From: Macrostomum lignano
Taxonomy: Eukaryota
Assembly (NCBI GenBank): GCA_002269645.1
Contig: NIVC01002295.1
Coordinates: 1-64,000, forward strand
DNA: 64,000 bases
Direction: 5' to 3'
The notes under the pieces were generated by a model. The model was not told the origin of the DNA and made no database searches. It saw nothing but the letters and a program-made list of their open reading frames with translations. The position numbers and the translations under genes were made by a program. Positions 52,101 through 60,586 of the stretch are shown piece after piece. The first letter of the stretch is position 1, and each line of letters starts with the position of its first letter.

Positions 52101-55100
52101 TGTCAATAGATGCTTTCAGATGTCAATAGATGCTTTCAGATGTCTATAGATGATTTCAGATGTCTATAGATGCTTTCAGATGTCAATAGATGCTTTCAGG
52201 TGTCAATAGATGCTTTCAGATGTCTATAGATGCTTTCAGGTGTCAATAGATGCTTTCAGATGTCTATAGATGCTTTCAGATGTCAATTGATGCTTTCAGA
52301 TGTCAACTGATGCTTTCAGATGTCAATAGAAGCTTTCAGATCTCTATAGAAGCTTTCAGATCTCTATAGAAGCTTTCAGATCTCTATAGATGCTTTCAGA
52401 TCTGTATAGATCCGCTAAGCATCACCGCCACCCCTCTTTCCAGGACGCCCAGGGCAACCTGGTCGATCGACTGCGCCACGAGGTGCCTTCGGACCTGGCC
52501 GGAAACGTCTCCCAGACGGTGATGCGAGGCCAGTTCCAGCTGGCCGACCCGCCGAACCTGGGCACCTGGCGAATCGAAGTCAGCGGCAGCCGGGGCCAGA
52601 GCGAGTCCAAGAGCTTCTCAGTTGAGCGCTACACTTTGCCCAAGTTCACCGTGGAGGTGCACACGCCGGACTTTGTTTACGTCGATGACGACAGCTTCAA
52701 CGTAACGGTGGAGGTGCGGTACACCTACAAGCAGGCGGTGCAGGGCCTGCTAGTGGCTGACATCGGACCGTGGAACCCCTGCCGAACCTGCAAGAACAAC
52801 TACGACATGGTGAAGAGGTTCAGCGCCAGTCTGGCTGGCGAAAACAGCGATGGTCGAGCCGTGTTCACCTTCCCGATGGCCGAGTGGCGGGCCGAGCTGG
52901 CTGAGAGGATCAACAGAACTGGCCTGACCTTCAACATGCGGGCCAACTTTGCGGTGAATGTGAATGTGCGATTCACGGAGCGCTTTAGCGGTGAGCGGCC
53001 TCTTTATTGCGTTTATTGTCTTTACTGTCTGTCGGACGCATGTTTTATTTTCTTGCCTTCCTTAGCAGTATCATCGGTATGTTGCGTCTGTAGTGTCCGG
53101 ATCTGTCTGTCTGTATCCTGCTGTAGTCCTTTTTTCTATCTGTTTTGTCTACTGTCTGTTGTGTCTTCTGTCTGTTGTGTCTTCTGTCTGTTTTGTTGTG
53201 TCTTCTGTCTGTTGTGTCTTAATCTGTCTGTTGTGTCTATCTGTCTGTTGTGTCTTCTGTCTGTTGTGTCTTCTATCTGTTGTGTCTTAATCTGTCTGTT
53301 GTGTCTTAATCTGTCTGTTGTGTCTTTATCTGTCTGTTGTGTCTTTATCTGTCTGTTGTGTCTTAATCTGCCTGTTGTGTCTTAATCTGTCTTTTGTGTC
53401 TTTATCTGTCTGTTGTGCCTTTATCTGCCTGTTGTGTCTTAATCTGCCTGTTGTGTCTTAATCTGTCTGTTGTGTCTTTATCTGTCTGTTGTGTCTTTAT
53501 CTGTCTGTTGTGTCTTCTGTCTGTTGTGTCTTTATCTGTCTGTTATGTCTTAATCTGTCTGTTGTGTCTTAACCTGTCTGTTGTGTCTTAATTTGTCTGT
53601 TGTGTCTTAATCTGTCTGTTGTGTCTTCTGTCTGTTGTGTTGTGTCTTCTGTCTGTTGTCTTAATCTGTCTGTTGTGTCTTAATCTGTCTGTTGTGTCTT
53701 AATCTGTCTGTTATGTCTTAATCTGTCTGTTGTGTCTTAATCTGTCTGTTGTGTCTTAACCTGTCTGTTGTGTCTTAATCTGTCTGTTGTGTCTTTATCT
53801 GTCTGTTGTGTCTTCTGTCTGTTGTGTCTTAATCTGTCTGTTATGTCTTAATCTGTCTGTTATGTCTTAATCTGTCTGTTGTGTCTTAATCTGTCTGTTG
53901 TGTCAATCTGTCTGTTGTGTCTTAATCTGTCTGTTATGTCTTAATCTGTCTGTTATGTCTTAATCTGTCTGCTATGTCTTAATCTGTCTGTTGTGTCAAT
54001 CTGTCTGTTGTGTCTTAATCTGTCTGTTGTGTCTTGTATCTATTGTGTCTTCTGTCTGTTGTGTCTTAATCTGTCTGTTGTGTCTTGTATCTGTTGTGTC
54101 TTCTGTCTTTTGTGTCTTAATCTGTCTGTTGTGTCTTTATCTGTCTGTTGTGCCTTTATCTGCCTGTTGTGTCTTAATCTGTCTGTTGTTTCTTTATCTG
54201 TCTGTTGTGTCTTAATCTGTCTGTTATGTCTTAATCTGTCTGTTATGTCTTAATCTGTCTGTTATGTTTTAATCTGTCTGTTATGTCTTAATCTGTCTGT
54301 TGTGTCAATCTGTCTGTTGTGTCTTAATCTGTCTGTTGTGTCTTGTATCTGTTGTGTCTTCTGTCTGTTGTGTCTTAATCTGCCTGTTGTGTCTTAATCT
54401 GTCTTTTGTGTCTTTATCTGTCTGTTGTGCCTTTATCTGCCTGTTGTGTCTTAATCTGCCTGTTGTGTCTTAATCTGTCTGTTGTGTCTTTATCTGTCTG
54501 TTGTGTCTTTATCTGTCTGTTGTGTCTTCTTTCTGTTGTGTCTTTATCTGTCTGTTATGTCTTAATCTGTCTGTTGTGTCTTAACCTGTCTGTTGTGTCT
54601 TAATTTGTCTGTTGTGTCTTAATCTGTCTGTTGTGTCTTCTGTCTGTTGTGTTGTGTCTTCTGTCAGTTGTCTTAATCTGTCTGTTGTGTCTTAATCTGT
54701 CTGTTGTCTTCTGTCTGTTGTGTCTTAATCTGTCTGTTGTGTCTTAATCTGTCTGTTGTGTCTTAATCTGTCTGTTGTGTCTTAACCTGTCTGTTGTGTC
54801 TTAATTTGTCTGTTGTGTCTTAATCTGTCTGTTGTGTCTTCTGTCTGTTGTGTCTTCTGTCTGTTGTGTCTTCTATCTGTTGTGCCTTAATCTGTCTGTT
54901 GTGTCTTTATCTGTCTGTAGTTTCTGCATCAGGCTGTATCTGTCTGTAGTTTCTGTATCAGTCTGTAGTTTCTGTATCAGTCTGTAGTTTCTGTATCAGT
55001 CTGTAGTTTCTGTATCAGTCTGTAGTTTCTGTATCAGTCTGTAGTTTCTGTATCAGTCTGTATCTACCTATAGTGCTTGTACCTATTGATGGTGCTATAC

Positions 55101-57214
55101 GCTTGAATAGTTTACATGCTAAAATAAAAAAATGCTTTTTTTCAGAAATCGTGAAAGCTGTTGAAAAATCTTTCACCATCTACGGCAAAAAGTACAAGCT
55201 GGTTATGGAGACCCCGGACTTGCCCTACTTCCTGCCCGGTTTCAAAGTGCCGGTGCACGTGAGCTTATGCTTGTTGTGTTGCAACTCAGAACGACTAAGT
55301 ACTGAATTATGAGCACTAATTTATGATCCCCTATGGGGAATTTTCCCTCCCGCCGGCAGTTGCTGCTTAAACGGCCAAATGACGTCATCTTCACTGCCAA
55401 CTCGACCGACGACATCCGCCTGTGGATGGAATTCAGCCACCGCGGCAAGCCAAAGAGCCTCGAACTGTACAGGGGCCGCCTGGTGCAGTCTTCCAGTCAG
55501 ACTGGGCTCAGCCTCCTGGTCACTGTGCCCGAATATGTCGACTTTGTCACCGTCACTTTTATGGCAAGCCTTTTCGGCTCATGACCTGCGCCCCTACTCT
55601 TCGCTCCCCTCTTCCTCCTGTCCCCTCTTCTTCCGCTCCCCTCTTCCTCCGCTCCCCTCTTCCTCCGCTCCCCTCTTCCTCCGCTCCCCTCTTCCTCCGC
55701 TCCTCTTCCTCCGCTCCCCTCTTCCTCCGCTCCCCTCTTCCTCCGCTCCCCTCTTCCTCCGCTCCCCTCTTCCTCCGCTCCCCTCTTCTTCCGCTCCCCT
55801 CTTCCTCCGCTCCCCTCTTCCTCCGCTCCCCTCTTCCTCCTGTCCCCTCTTCCTCCTCTCTCCTATTCCCCCGTTCCTCTTCCTCCGCCCCTCTTCCTCC
55901 AATCTCCACTTCCTCCAATCTTTACTTCCTCCAATCTCTACTTCCTCCACCCTCTCTTCTGCCTGTACTTTGGCATTAATAATATCAATAATAACAGCAA
56001 TAGCAATACAATAACCATTTCCAGGCGGAGCTGCTAGACGCGCAGAAAATTCGGTCATCTTTTAGTCTGAAGCCGTACTTAGCAAACACGGACGATTTTG
56101 TTACGACAAGCGTGCTATCTGCTTCTAATGGTGTCCATGTGAGATATTGCTGCTATTATTGAATCTGTGCATTACCATTTATTGTCAACAAAACTTCTAT
56201 TAAAAATTTTGCAGGTGCAAGTCAACCAATCCAGTGGAATCAAACTGGCTTACTCTGCTGTAAGTAGTATCGTCCATTTCTATACAAAAGACTGTCTTTC
56301 CGTCCACTGGGCCAATTCAACCTGCAGATTATTTCCCAAGACCAAATTCGACTTTGGAGTAAGCTGGACAAGTCCGACGAGACGCTGACAGAACTGAACT
56401 CGAAGCTGCTCGACGATTTCATACCGACATTGTCGGCTGTGACTTTTGGCATCGTTGAAACCGGCGAGATTGTGGCGTCCTATGATGACTTTTCTCTGCC
56501 GAATGTCACGGGAAAGGTGAGGGCAGCTTTCTGACCCTAATTGCTGACCGCACTGGGTGGATGGATGTAGAGCTGATCTCATTTAATGCTGGGGTGTCAG
56601 CAGGGATGATCGCACTGGTTGCCCGGGGAGTCAGCAGGGATGATCGCACTGGTTGCTCGGGGAGTCAGCAGGGATGATCGCACTGGGTGGCCGGGGAGTC
56701 AGCAGGGATGATCGCACTGGGTGGCCGGGGAGTCAGCAGGGATGATCGCACTGGGTGGCCGGGGAGTCAGCAGGGATGATCGCACTGGTTGCTCGGGGAG
56801 TCAGCAGGGATGATCGCACTGGTTGCTCGGGGAGTCAGCAGGGATGATCGCACTGGGTGGCCGGGGAGTCAGCAGGGATGATCGCACTGGGTGGCCGGGG
56901 AGTCAGCAGGGATGATCGCACTGGGTGGCCGGGGAGTCAGCAGGGATGATCGCACTGGGTGGCCGGGGAGTCAGCAGGGATGATCGCACTGGGTGGCCGG
57001 GGAGTCAGCAGGGATGATCGCACTGGTTGCCCGGGGAGTCAGCAGGGATGATCGCACTGGGTGGCCGGGGAGTCAGCAGGGATGATCGCACTGGGTGGCC
57101 GGGGAGTCAGCAGGGATGCTCGCACTGTGCCGCTCGCCCGCCCGCCCGCAGCTGAAGCTGAGCAGCAACCTGACGGACAACACCGGGGAGCCGCAGGCGG
57201 GCGTGCGCATCTGA
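49104..57214 (+). CDS. Alpha-2-macroglobulin/TEP/CD109-family gene, N-terminal part (signal peptide, MG1 to start of MG6). Exons 49104-49192, 50446-about 50728, 51732-51959, 52444-52990, 55146-55258, 55360-55563, 56025-56138, 56215-56516, 57152-57214 (cut off)
   Basis: Signal peptide MIALLLLLMLAPAGLAAA; HYLVLAPK; FVQTDKALYQPGQTVKFRV; DAQGNLV; GTWRIEV; FSVERYTLPKFTVEV; YFLPG; GEIVASY. Splice phases agree. One frameshift near 56289; the 3' end of exon 2 is uncertain. Confidence 0.9.
49262..50330. repeat. Pyrimidine-rich 11-12-bp unit repeat (CCCCGCTCCCTT / CCCTGATCCCTT / CCCCATCCATT) in TEP intron 1
   Basis: Direct read; G-run-rich on the - strand. Confidence 0.95.
50735..51265. repeat. 15-bp minisatellite (GTGGGTGAGCAGCCCT-type / GTGAGTAAGCAACCCT-type) at the start of TEP intron 2
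   Basis: About 33 units read directly. Confidence 0.95.
51970..52410. repeat. 20-bp minisatellite (AGATGCTTTCAGATGTCTAT)n in TEP intron 3
   Basis: About 22 copies read directly. Confidence 0.95.
53130..55070. repeat. About 19-bp (TCTGTCTGTTGTGTCTTAA)n array followed by (TCTGTAGTTTCTGTATCAG)n in TEP intron 4
   Basis: Direct read; explains the Cys/Leu/Val-rich ORFs at 53093-54603. Confidence 0.95.
55600..55900. repeat. 16-bp (CCGCTCCCCTCTTCCT)n in TEP intron 6
   Basis: Direct read. Confidence 0.93.
56590..57125. repeat. 34-bp (CCGGGGAGTCAGCAGGGATGATCGCACTGGGTGG)n in TEP intron 8
   Basis: About 16 copies; period 34 measured at 56881/56915. Confidence 0.95.
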
Positions 57215-57859
57215 AATATTTTAAAATATATGTTATTGTTCTTCTTCTGGTCTCTCACTTCTATGGCTCTTGTTCTACTTCAAATATCAATGTGAGAGCC
57301 AAATAACTGAGGCGGCGGATTCAACTGACTTTTCCTGATGATGCAAACACTTGATGGTAACTTACAGACCGTTGTATTTGATGGTCACAATCTCGAGATG
57401 TTTTCTCACAAAATATAATGTCTAAGGTGGAATTCCAAATAAGAAGCTCGTTCGATTTAAGTCACAAGGTGTTTCTAGTTGTTCGGGTGAACCGAAGGTT
57501 CAGTCTATTGTGAAACGTGGATTGAGTGTTGGTTTGGCTTTAGTAAGTCGACTTATAAGTTTTGGTGTTTGGGTTGAGACCCTAACTGTGTCAATCAAAA
57601 TAGTCAAACGAGGTAAGCTAGGAGAATGGCGAAGGAGAGGCAAGGGCGAGGAGAGGCGGAGCGAGCAAAAGGCGAGCTTCTTGCTTGGTTAACATGAGCT
57701 TTTATAGTACTTTTCAGTCTTGATCGCATTGGATGGTACATAACTGCTTTTCATTGGTTGAGGTTGGGGTCGTGTCCTCAGCTTTTGCTATTTGGAGCGC
57801 ATTCATTGGTTAAAATACATTCAATCTGGATGGGAGCTTTCTAGAGCCAAAATGTATCA
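57212..57859 (-). promoter_or_regulatory. Candidate 3' LTR of about 650 bp with U3 promoter
   Basis: TG...CA ends; purine-rich tract GAAAAATAGAGCGAATGAAG immediately upstream on the - strand (57860-57879); three CCAAT boxes (about 57730, 57755, 57806) and TATAAAAG (about 57700-57707). The inner boundary cannot be confirmed without the 5' LTR. Confidence 0.5.
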
Positions 57860-58506
57860 CTTCATTCGCTCTATTTTTCGGGGAAGCGAGGCCCTCCGAG
57901 CGCATAAAAACAGAAAAAGTATAGTAGGGGGTTAAAATTGATAAAATTGCAGAAAAAGATAACGCATTGTAGTGAACGAGAAAAGTTGTCGCAGAAAAAA
58001 AATAGTGCGCAGTGAATAATATTAGCAAAAATGTTTGAGTAAAAGGGAACCAATTTAAGCAAGGTAACATAGGTTAAAGTTCAACATCAGTTTAAATAGC
58101 GAAAGAAGGGATAGCGCAGAGGGCCTTTAGTTAGGCGAAGCTAAACTAGCTAAGCAAGGATGGAATAAAACACAGCGAGGGTAACCAAAAAATTGATAAA
58201 ATAGGTGTACAGAGCAAAATGGAGGTTTAGCGACGCAAGCTTAAAGCGAAAACGCGTTGAATTTAAAAGAGGGTAATAAAAATCATTGTACAGCGAAAGT
58301 TGGGGGGGGGGGTTAGCGAGGAACCGCTCAGCTAATAAATCATGTACAAAGTAGAGGTTAAAATTTTTTAAATGGGGAACGAAGGACTGTAAAAATGCCA
58401 GGAAAAGTGTACGGTCAAAAAGGGTATATAACGCGAAACTGAAAACGAGGAGAGTTAGGTGACTTTTAACCGAAAGTTAATAGTTAATTAAGTCTTTACT
58501 TTAGTC

Positions 58507-58785
58507 ATGAGTACCATGAAAAATTTAAGGTTTTTACTAGGCGACCTGGCAAAGCAGTCGCAGGACCACTGGGACCGAGCCGACAGTCGCTGGGCGTCCA
58601 CCGTCGCGTGCTTGGTGGTGCTAGGAGCGCTGGTGCTGGTGTTGTTGTTGTGGCAGTGCTCAGCCTGCTGCCGGTGCTGCTGTTGCTGTCGGCGTAGTTG
58701 TTGTCGGTCGGGCGCGCCTGAGGCATCGGCTGCTGCGGCTGATGAAGAAGCGCCGCCGGCCGAGTCGGCAGAAGCGGCCGTGTAA
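58507..58785 (+). CDS. 92-aa single-pass membrane micro-protein with a Cys-rich juxtamembrane cluster, antisense within the Gypsy 3' region
   Basis: ATG preceded by acceptor-like CTTTACTTTAG; TM segment TVACLVVLGALVLVLLLW, then CSACCRCCCCCRRSCCR and an acidic/Ala tail; GC-rich island in A-rich DNA. Confidence 0.55.
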   Translation: MSTMKNLRFLLGDLAKQSQDHWDRADSRWASTVACLVVLGALVLVLLLWQCSACCRCCCCCRRSCCRSGAPEASAAAADEEAPPAESAEAAV

Positions 58786-59345
58786 GAGCCCTGGTTGCTC
58801 TGTCGGCTCTGCCGGTCTTTTGAACGTTGAAACGGCCCTTTTCAGGGCCACCACTTGATGTGATGCCGAAAGTGTCAGATAAGCAGAATGTGCAGTCATG
58901 AAGGAACAAACGTTGTTGAGCCGTATGCTTTAGTGCTAGTTGGTGGACTTAGATGAAAGCAGCGCCAGGGACAGAGCGATTTGCAGAGACCAGGCATAGC
59001 GTAGGGCGATGGCTGCGTAGATCAAGGTTGTGGCTTGAATTTGGTTGAAGCAGCGCCAGAGACAGCAATTGGCAGTGACCAGGCACAGAGCAGCAGTCGT
59101 GTAGGTCAGGGTTGGGCAGGGTTGAGCAGGGTTGAGCAGGGTTGAGCAGGGTTGAGCAGGCTAGCGCGTGATGACTTTTGAAAAAGCAGTTGACAGAATA
59201 ACAGAGAAAAATAGCGTAAGCTTTACACAAGTGAGCGCAAAAGAGCGGAGGAGTAATAGGCAGATAAATGGAAAATAGTTTTTTTTGAGTATTTTTTTTA
59301 CATTTTTTGTAGTGTTTCAGCGCTAAATATTGAAGAAAAAGCGGA

Positions 59346-60302
59346 TTAAAATAGTGAGCGATGATGGTGAATCAAGTCATAAAAAAGAGCGTATGCCAGT
59401 CGAGCAAAATTAATATTAGGATCAGAAGGCGGAGAATGTTGAATACGCTTGATGGAGAAGGTATGAAGAGTGGCGTACTCTGGCAAGGTGTTAGGATAGC
59501 CAACAAGAGCATTTCGTATACGGTGAATATCGTATAAATATCGACGAAGGGGAGGACAAGAGAAAGGAAAAATAGTATGGGCAACTACCGAGCGAGAATA
59601 AAAATCGATAATTATAAAAGCAAAGTTTCTTGAACGCGTGGAGAGAATGAAAACAGCGTGGGTGAAGAAAAAATTGTGCGGATACAGACGATTTAGCGTG
59701 CGTATGATAGCGCTCTTAGTAGCACGAGGAAAAAACGGAGGAAAAATTTGATAAACATAAGGGGCGAGAGAATCGAAGGAGGTTAAATAATTTTGTAGCG
59801 TAGAAGTTAACTGTTGCGCCGAAAGATTAGCAGCATCATGGCGGAATTGTTGCCATGGGTAGCGCAGAGAGGAAAGCAACAGAGGCCAAGTGTCTTGGTT
59901 AAAGCGCATGCATGGTTGAGGGAGAGTAGAAGCAGAGAGTTGAAAGAAATCGTCGATAGACATTTTAGGAGAAAAAAGAAAATGTAGGATTGGTACGAAG
60001 CTGCGGTTGAGAACGTCAGTCATAGTGGGAGAAAAGTTCTGTATACGTGGTCGTGAGTGAGTACGACGCAGCACACCAAATAGACTAATTCGCAGAACGC
60101 GGAGCATCTTAGGATAAAAGCGATGGCAGCGGATAACATAAAAACGAGAGAAGAAAGCGGAGGCCATGCGTAGCCGTTGGGGTTCACCAATAGTTTCAGA
60201 ATAAAATATTGCTTCAGTGAACCAAGCAACAACGGTTGCGAGGCAAATAAGATCATGATTTAACTGTGGTCGAATATCCATCGGTTGCGGAAATGGATCC
60301 AT
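59346..60302 (-). CDS. Gypsy ORF3 (318 aa from the first ATG), env position; putative catalytically inactive Ulp1/SENP (C48)-fold protein
   Basis: More than 370 open codons in AT-rich DNA; strong splice acceptor (TTTTCTCTTTTCCCTCTTTACATTGCAG, AG at 60365-60364) about 60 nt upstream of the ATG. The fold call is a by-eye alignment only. Confidence 0.65.
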   Translation of the reverse strand: MDPFPQPMDIRPQLNHDLICLATVVAWFTEAIFYSETIGEPQRLRMASAFFSRFYVIRCHRFYPKMLRVLRISLFGVLRRTHSRPRIQNFSPTMTDVLNRSFVPILHFLFSPKMSIDDFFQLSASTLPQPCMRFNQDTWPLLLSSLRYPWQQFRHDAANLSAQQLTSTLQNYLTSFDSLAPYVYQIFPPFFPRATKSAIIRTLNRLYPHNFFFTHAVFILSTRSRNFAFIIIDFYSRSVVAHTIFPFSCPPLRRYLYDIHRIRNALVGYPNTLPEYATLHTFSIKRIQHSPPSDPNINFARLAYALFYDLIHHHRSLF

Positions 60303-60586
60303 AAGAGAAAGGAAAAAGAAGAAAAGCAATAGATACACAAAATATTGTTTTAGCGTGTGAGCTCTGCAATGTAAAGAGGGAAAAGAGAAAATTTTTGTAG
60401 CTTTTTGTTGATAAAACGGAAAATAAACGTTCACTTGTGTCAGTTCGTTAATACTCGTAGTCACGTAAAGAGTCGCAATGCAGGGAGAGAGAGCAAAAGC
60501 AGAAGAGAAAGAAAGGAAGAGAAAGCAATATTATCAGTCAAGGAAAAGAAAGGAGAAAAGAAGTTTAGAAGGTTTTTTTTGATCAT

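Noticed and set aside
52991-53385. Cys/Leu-rich C-terminal extension of ORF 52390..53385 as a membrane domain
   Set aside because: It begins at a good donor (G|GTGAGC, 52991) and is intronic repeat; the TEP frame resumes at 55146.
46130-56058. Long low-complexity ORFs in the track (for example 49234..50328, 50596..51282, 47516..47794, 55422..55979)
   Set aside because: They are translations of stop-free tandem repeats lying in introns or intergenic DNA, often open in several frames at once.
56260-56290. 31-nt micro-intron in TEP exon 8 (GTAAGT...AAAG)
   Set aside because: Removing it does not restore the frame; one missing A in the A-run does.
58505-58909. 134-aa - strand ORF overlapping the TM micro-ORF
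   Set aside because: Low-complexity antisense shadow of the GC-rich + strand ORF, with no domain-like features.
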